The notes under the pieces are model-generated. The model was given only the letters and a program-made list of their open reading frames with translations, was not told the origin of the DNA and ran no database searches. A stretch of 64,000 nt of DNA from positions 1 through 64,000 of the forward strand of contig OZ025716.1 of the NCBI GenBank assembly GCA_964019335.1, in the 5' to 3' direction. The position numbers and the translations under genes were made by a program. Positions within the stretch are counted from its first letter, which is position 1. Every line of letters starts with the position of its first letter. Below are positions 1 through 12,386 of this stretch, piece after piece. The DNA is from Diplonema japonicum. Taxonomy: Eukaryota > Protista > Euglenozoa: Diplonemea.

Positions 1-329
1 CCCCCCTACCCAGAAGTGAGCAAAGCATCTGTTAAAGAAAAGCAAGCCATGATAGACTTGTGTACCCTTTTTTCACTCCTCTTCACTTTCATTCCCCCAA
101 CCCCTACCTGAGGCCAGGGAGGGAAAAGAAAGGAGAGGGTTTTGCCAGCCGAAAAAAAGAAAAGGTTTATTTTTAAAAAGAAAAAGAAGAGGAGTGAAAA
201 AGAATGTGGGGTGGGTGTCCAAATTCCTCCCCTCCTGGGATGTTCATTTTTCTTCTCCTTCTCTCTCCTTTCCGCTCTTTCAAAAGAATTAAGCATAAAA
301 AAAATTAAACCCCAGAATAAAGAAGTAAC

Positions 330-1614
330 ATGGCAGATTACATCTTAGGATACGACTTTGGGGAGTCAGTGGTGACATGGTTGGCCTTGAAGGCAGCCCG
401 TGCTGGGAAGGACGCTGCTGTGAAGTATTTAGAAGCGAACGGTGCCCCAGCATCCGGTGTGATGGCAACGTTGCTACCGTTAATTGCGAATATCCCGCTG
501 TCGGCCTGTCTGGAGAACGTGCTTGGGTGGGTGTGTGTGGTAGGGGGCTTGGTGTACTGGTTACTTTATAAGCATTTCGTGCGATTTGTGATGGCAAGGC
601 AGGCCAGCCCGTTCCGCCCGTCTGTGGTGTTGTTGATGTTCGCGACGCGCCCCATACAGGCCTTGTTCCGCATCGTCACGGCACCGCTCCGTGTGGCACC
701 TGACGTCCTTGTCATTGGGCAACCACGCTGCGGGACTACATCCCTGGCCCACTACATCGAGCGCATGCCAGGTGCACGCCAGCCCTTCACAAACATCAGA
801 ACGGCATTTGTGAACAACAAGGAGTCCATGTACTTCATCGGGATCTACCTTGGCTGTGTGCACCCCATGTTCTACCGCATGGTCTTCCCCACAATCTTCG
901 AGAAGTGGTACTGCCAGCTGCTTGGCAAGCCGTTCTTCGCATACGATGCAACGCCCACCGACCTCACCTTGTCGTGGACCCCACGCATTATCAAGCAGGT
1001 CAACCCGAATGTGAAGTTCATCGTGTGTCTGCGTGAGCCCGTCTCGCAGAATGTAAGCTGGTGGAACTTCGACAAGCAGTTCCGTCCTATGTATGCAGAG
1101 ATGGACTGTGGGAAGCAGGTGCAGTGGGTCCCCACGACCCTACGCGAGGCGTGGGAGATGTCACTCTCGGACAAGGTGGAGCAGATGTACAAGGACGGTG
1201 AAGAGTTCACAGGGAGCTTCGTCCCGTTGCTGTGGACCCCGATGCCGATGGGGTACACGCAGAGTATGTCGCAGATCGACACGGCACGTGGGGTCAAGAA
1301 CTATCTGAAGCATTTCCCGTTGTCAGCATTCACATTTGTGGACCAGAAAGAGGACCTCTCCAAGAAAGGGGTCCCCGAGACCTTGCGCCGCATTGCCTCC
1401 GCTTTGCCCGACTGCGTTCAGAGCCGTGTCAACGACAGTGTGATCGACAGCATTGCGAAGATCACTATCCACTCCAACGCCAGTGTCCTCCGCTGCCCCT
1501 CGGCCATGGATGAGGAGCTCATCGCTGAGATGAAGGCCTACCATGCCCCCCGTGTCGCAGAGCTCGAGAAACTCATTGGGAGAAAGCTCAACTGGAAGGA
1601 GTACACTATTCCGG

Positions 1615-1619
<5 letters not shown>
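330..1619 (+). CDS. PAPS-dependent sulfotransferase (heparan-sulfate sulfotransferase-like fold) with hydrophobic N-terminus
   Basis: 429-aa ORF. PDVLVIGQPRCGTTSL matches the 5'-PSB loop; KFIVCLREPVSQNVSWW matches the 3'-PB motif; the C-terminal YHAPRVAELEKLIGRKLNW is typical of this family. Confidence 0.85.
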
Positions 1620-1661
<42 letters not shown>

Positions 1662-2371
1662 CCCAGACCTGTAAGCTATTTTGTTTCATTTTTTTTTATC
1701 TTCCTTCTTTCCTCTCCCACCCTTCTCCCGTTCTGATCAATTTCTCCGACGTGTTATTGCCTATTATGCTCTTAAGTGTTTTTAATCCTTATGTGCCCCC
1801 CCCCCTTTTTTTTACACCCCCCATATTTCTTATTTTCCCCATTCATCACAATGGACTTCTGAATGCCGAATGAGGTTGGCAGCGCCCACCAAGTACTTGC
1901 TCAACAAGACGTGGAGGATCTTACCTTTGTCTTTCTCTACCCCTCCTTTTTTCTTTCTCTTCCAGATTATGATTTTCGCGTTCTTTCCGCCCCCCCCCCT
2001 CATTTTTGGGTTTCTTTACTTATTTATTTTGTTCTCGCAAATGCCTCATTGATGCCCTGTATCCCTCCTGATGCTAGGCATCTCACGGACCTGACGCCTG
2101 GCTTTGCACACAGCATGTACCGACTCCCACGTTTTGGAAAACCTTTGCATGTCTCGCTCTTCGAACTCGGACCACCCTGATACGTCATGCGAACACATCG
2201 ATCCCCAGTAGCCATTGCAAATCCTGCTTGTCGCAGAAGGTTGTGAGCAAACCAGGCTCTTCGCTGCTGTCACTTTTCCTGCAGTGTCTGCTGTAGCATT
2301 GATCACCCGACTCAAGCTGCACCCACATAAGAGAAAAAAAAAAAAAAAAAAAGACAAGAAAAATAAACCAG

Positions 2372-2938
2372 ATGGACACCTACGAGACCCCCGAGGGCGT
2401 GCAAGAGTACATTGAGATGTGCAAAGGGAGCGACTTCTCGGAGTACAAGGACGTGTTACTGAAGCACATACCGGCAGGCAGCAGGTTGCTAGAGGTGGGG
2501 ATGGGACCTGGGAATGATTATGCGTGGATGTCGAAGGTGTACAAGTCAACGGGGAGTGACTACTCTGAAGAGTTCCTGAAGCGGGCACAGGAGAGGTTCC
2601 CAGAGGCGCAGTTCCTGCAACTTGATGCGAGAACGTTGGACACACGGCTTTCCTTCGACGCTATCTTCTCGTGCAAAGTGTACCAGCACTACGACTTGCA
2701 AGAGACAAAAGCCGCACTCCAACGTCAACATGAGGTGCTCGGCAGTTCGGGTGTCGTGGCACATGCCTTCTGGACAGGCGCCGGTGTGTCAGAGACGCAC
2801 AAGGGCATGACCTTCTACTACCACACGAAGGAAGACCTTGTGGCGGCTGTCGCCGAGAACTTCCTCGTCCTTGAGGCCATCACTTATGAGGAGTTCGAGC
2901 CAAATGACTCCGTCCTCATCATCGCGAAGAAGGAGTGA
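2372..2938 (+). CDS. Class I SAM-dependent methyltransferase
   Basis: 188 aa. Motif I LLEVGMGPG, motif II-like TGSDYSEEFL, then FLQLDAR and FDAIFS. Confidence 0.85.
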   Translation: MDTYETPEGVQEYIEMCKGSDFSEYKDVLLKHIPAGSRLLEVGMGPGNDYAWMSKVYKSTGSDYSEEFLKRAQERFPEAQFLQLDARTLDTRLSFDAIFSCKVYQHYDLQETKAALQRQHEVLGSSGVVAHAFWTGAGVSETHKGMTFYYHTKEDLVAAVAENFLVLEAITYEEFEPNDSVLIIAKKE

Positions 2939-3516
2939 ATGCACAAAAATCGTTCCAAAAAAAAAACAAAAAAAAAAAAAGTGGGGTAGGAGGGGGGTTT
3001 TATCGAGGCAAGCTGTGGGTTCCACCACGGCTTTTCCTCTCTCTTAGTTTTTGTTTCTTTTGTTTTTTAGGGGTAAATCGAGTATTAAGTGATTTTTGGC
3101 TTGGCTCCTTCGGTGGTCCCTGTCCCGGTCATCTCCGTGTCGAAGCCTACCTGTGCCGCTTTGGTCACTTGCTGCTTCTGGACGTTCAGGTCCTTCTTCG
3201 TCTGCTCCAGAAGGGCATCTAGCTGGTGGGTCAGAAAGGCATCCAACTAGTCGGGTTTGCCCCTTTTCGCTTCTTTTTTTTCCTATTGTGAATTGGAAAA
3301 AAAAAAAAAAAAAAAAAAAAAAAACGATTGGGAGTTTGACATTTGGCGGTGAATACCGTTTATCGACCTTTACTATTCACAATAGACAATATGTATCATA
3401 CCAATAAAAATTTCAGGGGTATTTGAGCCCTCAGCCTTAAAACCCCCCCTCGAAGCCCTCAGGGAAATAAACGTCTTTTATTGGGTATAATACACTGTTA
3501 TCATGCTAGCTCTTGT

Positions 3517-3547
<31 letters not shown>

Positions 3548-4122
3548 TGTTCCCATGTATTTCTTTCTTTTTTACTCGTTTTCAACAGGGAACAGGTACA
3601 AAAAAAAAAAAGAAAAAAAAAAAAACGAAGAAAAAAACAGAATAAAAAGTAAAAGAGGGGAGCCACAAAAAGGAGGGAGAAAGAGAGACCCAAGCCTGAA
3701 TAGCAACTCTGCTACAGCAACAATCTATCAAAAGAAAGAACTGAAAAGGGGGGAGTAAAATAAATGCTACTTTGAAGATGTTGTGGCAGTGTGCACACAC
3801 GATTGCAAGCTGGAGGGTGGTCCCTTTGCCCCTTTTTTTGCTAATTTCCTTTCCCCCCTTTTTTTTCATTCCCCCCACTCATATCATGTTATGCAGTGCT
3901 ACATGACACCGAAAGCAATGCCACGCTGCAGGAATACATGCAAGATTTCGACTCTTCCTCTCACCCAGTTTGAAAAAAGAGAAGAAAAAAAAATAAATAA
4001 AACCGACAATTCTTCGGATTGTTATCTTTTTTTTCCCCCTCCCCCACATTCCCTTTGTCTTTCTCTTTCTCGTACCTTCAATAGTTGCCTACACTCAAAA
4101 AAAAAAAAAAAAAAAAAAAAAG

Positions 4123-4377
4123 ATGCCCAACAGCTACCACAAATACGGAGCAAGGACCGGCACCCACAGCCTTGGAGAGCACTGCGTGTCAGTAAGGCAT
4201 CAATTCCCAGCAAAGAAATACGGTGTAGTCAAGTGCCCCTCAGGTTACAGTCTCACATCAACGAACATTTGGCCCCACGGCTATGGGAACAGTGGACACG
4301 CAATCCCAGGGAGGGGGGGCAGGGCTGTGTACACTGCTTCAAACAACTACGAAGCAACGAACATCTGCTGCAAGTAG
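4123..4377 (+). CDS. Small 84-aa Cys-containing protein of unknown function, copy 1
   Basis: Preceded by a polypyrimidine tract and AG (4083-4084). The ORF is conserved in the duplicate while the flanks accumulate indels. Confidence 0.65.
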   Translation: MPNSYHKYGARTGTHSLGEHCVSVRHQFPAKKYGVVKCPSGYSLTSTNIWPHGYGNSGHAIPGRGGRAVYTASNNYEATNICCK

Positions 4378-4668
4378 AAAAATAAAAGGGGGGAAAAAAA
4401 AGAAACAAACTTTTCTTTATACACTATACCAATGACACATCTTCTTCTCTTTTTTTTTTTTTTTTTTTTTAGATGTTGTTCTTTATCGATTTTTAGTTAG
4501 AAAGGAAGGAAATAAAATGGGGAAACAAAGAAGGCTGAAGGCTGGGCCAAATAAAACCGACAATTCTTCGGATTGTTATCTTTGTTTTCCCCTCCCCCAC
4601 ATTCCCTTTGTCTTTCTCTTTCTCGTACCTTCAATAGTTATCTACACAAAAACAAAAACAAAAACAAA

Positions 4669-4923
4669 ATGCCCAACAGCTACCACAAATACGGAGCAAG
4701 GACCGGCACCCACAGCCTTGGAGAGCACTGCGTGTCAGTAAGGCATCATTTCCCAGCAAAGAAATACGGTGTAGTCAAGTGCCCCTCAGGTTACAGTCTC
4801 ACATCAACGAACATTTGGCCCCACGGCTATGGGAACAGTGGACACGCAATCCCAGGGAGGGGGGGCAGGGCTGTGTACACCGCTTCAAACAACTACGAAG
4901 CAACGAACATCTGCTGCAAGTAG
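4669..4923 (+). CDS. Small 84-aa Cys-containing protein, copy 2 (Q27H relative to copy 1)
   Basis: ATG at 4669; one amino-acid difference and one synonymous change relative to copy 1. Confidence 0.65.
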   Translation: MPNSYHKYGARTGTHSLGEHCVSVRHHFPAKKYGVVKCPSGYSLTSTNIWPHGYGNSGHAIPGRGGRAVYTASNNYEATNICCK

Positions 4924-4990
4924 AAAAATAAAACGAACCTTTCAGTATACACTATACCAATGACACATCTTCTTCTTTTTTTTCTTTTTT

Positions 4991-5319
4991 GGGGGTGGTG
5001 GGGATAACATGGAAATATAAGAAGTACATCAGATGTGTTGTTCGCTGTTGACCTCCTCGTCGGTCATCACCGGTAGCGCCCGAGTGGAAGAACGTATCGC
5101 AGATGCTCAGGGTGACGAACAGGCAGCAAACTGCACGAGCGCAGAATCTTGGTTACCCGGGACGCCCCGGCTAGGGTTGAGCACACCGCATGCATTAAGG
5201 ACACGACGCGGAACGCAGAAGAAGCTACTGCTCGGCCGAGGAGCGCCCCCTGTAATCAAGTAGGTATTTCGTGCTTCGTTGCACGCTTAACGCCACCTAG
5301 TGTTGCAATCAAAGCCCCA
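4991..5319. mobile_element. ~330-bp SINE-like dispersed element, copy 1
   Basis: Near-identical to 52989-53315. Absent from the paralogous T-tract at ~4445-4470; T-rich duplication on both sides. Confidence 0.85.
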
Positions 5320-5872
5320 TTTTTTTTCTTTTTTCTTTCTTTCTTTTTTTAGATGTTTTTTATCGATTTTTAGTTAACAAAGAAAGGAAGGAAAAATAAA
5401 ATGGGGGAAAAAAAAATGTAACCAAAAGTCGAAGATGGTATCTCTGCTCTGCACTGTGAGAGCGGCAAGCACAGTCAGACACTTCAAGAAGCTCACGGAT
5501 AGAGGGCACTGCACACGTTACACCTTTGCAGCATGCTAGCACCGCACAGGTGTCATAAAAACACCGCCAAGATGAGCAAATCCAGATGCACTACCACAGG
5601 TGCCGCAGCTTATCTGCAACATGAAGAGTGCCATGAAGATCACAGCACGTTGTGCCACTTTGAAGATGCTCTGGAGCTCGAAAGTGCTACCGACAATACG
5701 AGAAAGAGGCTTCGGAGGTGCTCAGCAACGAGAGGTTACCGTGTTTGGGAAGGTGGTCTTTACCGTGTTTGGGAAGGTGGTGGCCGGATTCGGATTCTAC
5801 GAAGCGTATGGGCTATTCTGATTCTCAAACTACCCACCACAGGAAATTACACAAAAAAAGAAAAAAAGGACC

Positions 5873-6418
5873 ATGCCGAAGCGGAAAGACCTATGGACCC
5901 TGCATATGTGGCACACCACAATGGAGCTCGAAGCACAGGTTATAGAGGCGAACGTTTACGAAGAAGCTGAGTGGATGTACACAAAAGAAATAGGGGAAAG
6001 CGAACGGCAGTTGAAAAGGATCAAAATTTCGCACGAGGTAATAGCACATGCAAAGGTGCTGGGTTGTGGAACTAAGCGAAAAAACTACTGCGAAGCAACG
6101 TTCGGCCCACAACGGGAGCACCAGAGGGCATTGGAGCTTCTGGTGCTCGGCAGCCACTACCTGAGGAATGGTGACAACAACAGTGCAATGGAGATACTCG
6201 AGGAAGTGATGGAAGTCTATTCAAGGTACCCTCCCAGTGATGAGACGATTCTTGCAGACACCCTCGAGATGATAGGCGAGGCCTACGAGCGACAGGAGCA
6301 CTATGATGCCGCGCTGGGATACTTCAAACAAGCAGAAGAAATTGCGAATCGGAGTGACCTCCGAGAGGAGCGGTGGGCGAAGCGCCACTGCTGCCAGGGC
6401 CTTCATGTTGACCTGTAA
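5873..6418 (+). CDS. TPR-like repeat protein (possibly partial or degenerate)
   Basis: LGSHYLRNGDNNSAMEILEEVMEV and LADTLEMIGEAYERQEHYDAALGYFKQAEEI fit kinesin-light-chain-type TPRs. GTAAGT at 6415 may be an intron donor. Confidence 0.55.
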   Translation: MPKRKDLWTLHMWHTTMELEAQVIEANVYEEAEWMYTKEIGESERQLKRIKISHEVIAHAKVLGCGTKRKNYCEATFGPQREHQRALELLVLGSHYLRNGDNNSAMEILEEVMEVYSRYPPSDETILADTLEMIGEAYERQEHYDAALGYFKQAEEIANRSDLREERWAKRHCCQGLHVDL

Positions 6419-6557
6419 GTTCGGGGTTCCTGTTATTTATAACCCCCCTGCACGGTACTCACTGTGATGGGGATGTCTTTATTCCGTTGTTTTTTAATAT
6501 TCTTTTTTTACCCCTTTTATTGTCCTGCACACCTCACTCATCTAGGTGCACCAGGCT

Positions 6558-9500
6558 ATGTCGTCAAACGATCTTGCGATGATGATGCCGTCTGGTGAGA
6601 GCATGGAGGCGGAGGAGAAAGGAGGGTTCATGTCAGTCCATGTGGTGATCATGATACTGTGCCTGTTGGGGGTTGTGGCGAGCAGTACTAGCACAGCAGG
6701 GTTGGTGGTGACAAGTTGTGACTCTGCGCTGGACGACACTCGAGCGGGTGGGAGCGCAGCGACGGAGCACTGCTTCAACACATCGAACCAGAATCTAAAC
6801 AGAGTGGTGGAGGACCTCCTGGGCTATGCGTCCTCGAGCGTGGAGGGACAGGTCCAGAGCTTTCTCAACGCTGCTGTGCAGCAGTCAAACTGGCTCAGGA
6901 ACATCCACCTCGGGACCTTCCGAGACCACCCAAAGAACTCCACCTTCATGGATGCCATCACGGCAGACCTATGGCTGGCCATTGCGAGCTTGGACGGGAC
7001 AGGTATCTCCGGCTTAGGGGGGTATTATGACAACCGTTCCCTGCTGCTAAGCAGGGACGGCGACACCAATACTTACATTACGTTTCGCTGCGAAGACGGC
7101 ACCGGCTGCTTCGCCGGACCTGCAACGGAGTACACCGGTGAACTGATCATCAAGGTCCCCGTCCCTGTGATCCCTGGGATGCTCTCAACTGTGAAAATTG
7201 TTCGCGATGAGCCGTCGCTGTGGAACGCAACAGCAGAGAGTGTGAAGTGGTCCGGCATGGACGAGGTCGCGTCGTTCTTGGGGTACACTCTGAATGCTGT
7301 GGCGGTGGACCCTGCAGGTTCCACGAACCACCTGCTGTGGATCGTGACGATCGAGCTGAGCCACATGAATAAGTTTTTAGTGTCCATCGGTAATCAGATC
7401 AGAGCACAAACAGGGTCGAAGACAAGGATCTTCACAGTGATCGCCTCGTCATGGATCGCAGACACTAAGAAGGCCCTCGGCTCCTTTGACTGGAAAAAGC
7501 ACGACCAAAGGGGCCTCCTATCAGGGGTGTCTAACGGGCAGGCAGCTGACTCGTATATAGAGTACGACCCATTAGGGGGGCGGAACGTAACAAAGTACCG
7601 CCCGCTGCACGATGTCAACGCAACGGACGAGATCATCAGCGGTGTGGCGACGGCTGTGGGGAACCACCCTGGGAAGTACGAAGGGATCTACCTCACCGGC
7701 GGCCACGCCGTTCTGGAGGTCCAGTACAACAACACAAATGAAGACTTCTACGTGAACCTCAAGCGTGTGGATGACGGGCACGGCATCGACTGGTGGCTTG
7801 TCACTGCTATCGACTCCACCTACGTTATCTCCAGTGTGCGGCAGGCCGAGGCTGACGCCAAGCAGAAGAACCAAGAGGACGTCGACAAGGTAGAAGACCA
7901 GATCAACATCGACAGGACCGTCACATACATCATCTTAGCTGCGACTGCGACAAGCGTCTTGCTACTGTGCACGGTGACGGTGCACTACGTCCTGAAGCCC
8001 ATCCGGCAGATCCAGAAGGAGATGTCTTACGTTGCGAGGATGGAGTTGGAGCGGTCGGAAATCCAACCCAACTCCCGTTTGAAGGAAGTGCGGAGAATGC
8101 AGCGCGACTTCAAGAAGATGATTTCCAACCTTTCGGAGTACAAAGCCTACGTGCCAGCTGCACTGTTGGACGAGACAACAGGAGAACTGTCTGCAATGGA
8201 GCCGCCCACTGGGGATGTGACGGTTATGTTCACTGACATCCAAGGGTCGACGGCGCTATGGGAGAAGTGTGCAGTGGCGATGAACGCGGCAATGGAGATG
8301 CACAACGAGGTGATCCGAGAGGCATACCAGGAGCACGGTGGGTACGAGGTGAAGACCATTGGGGATGCCTTCATGGTTTCCTTCTACAATGTCCGCAGTG
8401 CAGTGCTGGCGGCGATGGACGCCCAAATCGGGCTTCAAGAGCAACTCTGGCCGAGCGACCTGGACCTCGAGGACGCAGGACTGAAGGTACGGATCGGACT
8501 GCACACAGGGCAGACTATTGCGGAGATCAACCCGCTGACGAACAGAGCGGACTACCGGGGTCCCACCATCAACCTCGCCTCGCGTGTGGAAGGGACGGCC
8601 ATCGGGGGAACCACGTGCATCACCCGCGACGTTTACATGGCCATCAAACCCCACCTTGCCTCCATGGGGTCGCCTGTTGTCGTCGACTTCGGAACACACG
8701 ATCTCAAAGGCCTCGGGTCGGTCTTGTTGTACCTCCTTGTCCCACAGCAGCACGCCTCAAGAGTGACGGGGGGGAAGGGGTCTGCATACACGGCCCCGAA
8801 CACACCGCACAGTGCAGGCGACGTGGCTACGTCAGACACACCGGAGAAGAAAAGCGGAGGGTCCAGCCAGTCGAGGTCAGCCCGTTCGACTCCTTTGAAG
8901 ATCGACATGCGGACACCTGCAATCCAGCAGCATGTGCAGAACAAGACTGGGCTGAGCCTGAGCGGGAACCAGATGACAGTCGCAGTGTGCAAACTGGTTG
9001 TGACAGGGCAGTCGAAGGTGTTTGAGAGTTTCAATCTGATGGTGCGTGCGGCCACAGAGGCAGCCTACGCGACAGACGGTGTCGTGGGTTCCGTGACGGG
9101 GAGGACTATGGTCATCTTGTGGAATGGGACGAAGAAGTGTCCTCTGCATGTCACATCAGCACTGCGGTTTGCTGCGCAGCTGGAGCAGCGTGCAGGGAAG
9201 GTCGTGCGTCTGGGGATCGCAACGGGTACGCTCCTGCACGGCAACGTGGGCACGCAAAAGAAGCGCTTCGCAACAACCTTCGGTTACCCTTTGGACGCGG
9301 CAGAGGCCGTCGTGGACCATGCACTACACCTCGACACCTTCTGTCTTTTATGTGATTGCACAGCTGACACCCGCATTGGCAACGACTCTTCGGTCACAAG
9401 CTTCGTCAGGCTGGTCGACAGTTGGTTCGAAACAACAGAAAACAAGAAGCTCCTCATCTATGAGCTGCAAGGCAAGGAGCTCAGGGACCAGCTTGAGACA

Positions 9501-9802
9501 TGGGGAGCCACCCCTGCCGGACCCGACAGGGAAAGGCAGGAACACCATGACTGCATTATGAAGATATGGGCAGGAAACCTCTCGCTGTTGGACCGGCTGA
9601 AGTCGCAGTTGGTGATCAACGGGAGCGACATCGTCTTACAGGTGTGTGCAGAGAGGGAAACAATCGAAACATAATAACAATATTACAGAATGTAGTTACC
9701 ATGCACGAGAAAACCAACCCGCCGCCATCTGAGGGGTACCGGACTAAAGTTACTTTTTCTCACGTGCCGAGGGAAGCCGAACAGTGGATGCATAGTGAGT
9801 AG
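6558..9802 (+). CDS. Receptor-type class III adenylate cyclase (2 TM, extracellular domain, HAMP-like linker, intact cyclase domain, degenerate second cyclase domain); exons 6558-9641 and 9689-9802
   Basis: Motifs VMFTDIQGSTALWE, YEVKTIGDAFM, VRIGLHTG and DYRGPTINLASRVE; second domain GIATGTLLHGNVG. Acceptor tctAG at 6544-6545. A phase-0 GT..AG 47-nt intron joins ORF 6546-9674 to ORF 9566-9802. Confidence 0.88.
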
Positions 9803-11279
9803 TGGTTTGGGAAAGTGCTGCTTTCTCATGTAGGAGGAATGTATTTAGCATCCCTTTTTTTGTTGTTGTTTTAAATAAAAAAAAGAAGGGGAAACCAAAA
9901 AAAAAAAAAAAAAAGAGAGAAACTGAAAAGAAAAGGGGGAGGAAGGGGTTGTGGATCCCTGATCCCCTTGCCCCCCTCCCATTCTTACTTAAAACTCCTT
10001 TAAAAGGTTCCCTGTTTTGAATTTTTCTCTCTCCCCCCTCTTTTTTTTTTTTCTCGTTACGAATTCTTTTTCTCGGAAGGTTTCACAAAAAAAAAAATCT
10101 TTTTTAGACCCTTTACGAAAATTCATTTTTTCTCTTCTCTTCTTTTTTTTTTTTTTTACACTCTCTATTTCCTCAACCCCCTTTTTTTTTCCCCTCTTTC
10201 TTTCAACGTGGGTCTCATGTGCTTTCCCCCCTTTTTTCTTCCATCTTATTTTTCTTATTATTATTCTTCTTATTCTTCTTATCACCCCTCTTACTATTCT
10301 TGTCCATTCTATGAAAATTCAAGGAAATATTTCTCTGTGCTCGGGGAAGGTATGGGTGTTGGTTCCCCTGTGTTTTCTCAAAGGTCACGGAAGGTGTTGT
10401 TGCTTCTTCGCTTTACGAAGCAAGGCAGCACCACCTCGGGCACGAGAAGGAGACAATATAATTCCATTGCTTCAGAATCTGTTACTTCCCACCCCACCTT
10501 TCTACTTACTTGTCCCCCCCCTACCCCCTCCCCCTACCCATTTCAATCAATGAGATACTATATATGCACATTAGTATTTTTGATACATTTTTTCTCCAAA
10601 AAAGCGGAAAGGAACACGACCAGAAGGTGAGGGAAAAAAAAAAAAATAATAATAAATAAACCGATTTTTGGCACATTAATTTAGAACGGAAACCTTTTTT
10701 TTTTCTTTTCTTTCTTTCTTTTTTTTTTTTTTTTTTTTTTTTTTACGTTCCATGTTAAGAACAATACGGTTGCTGATTGCTGCCTGAAATTGCATCATCA
10801 CGAGGGGCTAAAGAGTTCTTTCCCTTCCCTTTGTTGCTTAAGAGCAGGTGCTGTTAGTGTTTATTGTATTTAATAAAACTGCAATTTCTTTTTTTTAAAG
10901 AAACCCACCCCCAATTTACTTCACGGAAAACAGGCTATAAATACACCGTGGAATAGTGAGGTGTAGCAAAAGAAAAACAACTAAACATACAGAGCCTTCT
11001 CCATATGTGCGGTGGTCCTTGTCAATAATACCATTTCCCCTCTCCCTCTTCCCTTCTTTTTTCTTTTCTAGACGTCTTCCTTTTCATGTCATTGTAGGTT
11101 ATAAAAAAAAAAAAGAAGAAAAAGGGCAAACCATTAACAAGGAGTTCAAAAAAAAATGAGCAAAAAGAAAAAAAAAAAAAAAAAAAAAAAAAAAAACATT
11201 TTTAAAATAAAGAAGAACAGGCCAAGAGGGTATTTTCTCTTTATTTTTCATTGGAATAAAACCGGGAGGGTTTTTCTTT

Positions 11280-11408
11280 TTCTTCTTCTTCTTTTTCTTT
11301 TTCTTTTTCTTTTTCTTTTTCTTCTTCTTCTTCTTCTTCTTCTTCTTCTTCTTCTTCTTCTTCTTCTTCTTCTTCTTCTTCTTCTTCTTCTTCTTCTTCT
11401 TCTTCTTC
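11280..11408 (+). repeat. (CTT)n / (CTTTTT)n microsatellite
   Basis: Direct reading of the sequence. Confidence 0.95.
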
Positions 11409-11600
11409 AAAAAAAAAAAAAAAGCTTTGAAAAATCCAATACCGCATTTACACAATCATTCTGAAATCTTTTTTTTTTCTTTTTTTTTTCCTCGATACTT
11501 TGATGATGCCCTGCCCCTGCGGGTATAATGATATGATTATTATGAACATGTTGTTTATAAACCAATGGGAGCAACGTGCTGCGCAGTTATGCATAGGATG

Positions 11601-11649
<49 letters not shown>

Positions 11650-11706
11650 ATCTTTAACGTAAGTTCTAAAATACGGTATTCATGGATAAAAAAAAGAAGA
11701 AAACTC

Positions 11707-11715
11707 AACAACAGC

Positions 11716-11747
<32 letters not shown>

Positions 11748-11748
11748 C
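11707..11748 (+). repeat. (CAA)n microsatellite
   Basis: Direct reading of the sequence. Confidence 0.9.
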
Positions 11749-12018
11749 TGCTATATAAATACTATATAAAAAAAAAGATGCGGTTTTTAGCATGTGTTTG
11801 TGCACACGGTATAAATCCTGGGATGAATGCCGCATGCTACTTGCTACTCTTTTTTTTTTTTGCACTTACAAGAACCTGAGCAGTACTTGTTAAAATACAA
11901 AAAAAAAAAAAAAAAAAAAAAATACAAAAAAAAACTATTTATTTGTGAATAATCAGATAACGCGTGGGGTCTCTTTTTTAACGAGTGATTTTGTTTTCAC
12001 CTGTAGCAAAAAAAAAAG

Positions 12019-12049
<31 letters not shown>

Positions 12050-12353
12050 TTAAAAAAGTGTGCCACAAGTGAAATCTGGCTGATTTCCCAAAAATCTTTT
12101 TATTTACTGATAACTGCTTTCAAGGAAACTCTTTCACAAAGATGCGCCTAATATCCCCAAGGCACCATGCCTGCCTGAGGCCAACTTTGGAGCTTTAGGT
12201 TTTGTCTCCTACCTTGTTAAAAGGACGAAGAGAAAACAGCTTAGAAGTAAATGAAATGAAAATAACAATAAATATGGCGGGGATAGGAAAAAGGTCACGC
12301 TTTACCTCCTATTCACAAAGCTTTAATACATGGGAGCGATTTAAGCTTCTTGT

Positions 12354-12386
<33 letters not shown>

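Larger units (their letters stand above)
3994..5410 (+). repeat. Tandem duplication (~0.55 kb unit) carrying the 84-aa gene; second unit interrupted by a SINE-like insertion
   Basis: 3994-~4525 matches 4549-4990 plus 5320-~5410, including acceptor, CDS and 3' flank. Confidence 0.9.

Noticed and set aside
1620-1659. Poly(A) directly after the sulfotransferase stop, suggesting a retrocopy
   Set aside because: Long A-tracts are ubiquitous in this window, and there is no SL remnant or TSD at the 5' side.
3086-3221. Minus-strand coding-like stretch (DALLEQTKKDLNVQKQQVTKAAQ...)
   Set aside because: It is short, has no start codon or recognisable homology, and cannot be supported as a gene.
5033-5263. 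76-aa ORF conserved in both SINE-like copies
   Set aside because: Conservation is explained by recent copy identity; there is no protein motif.
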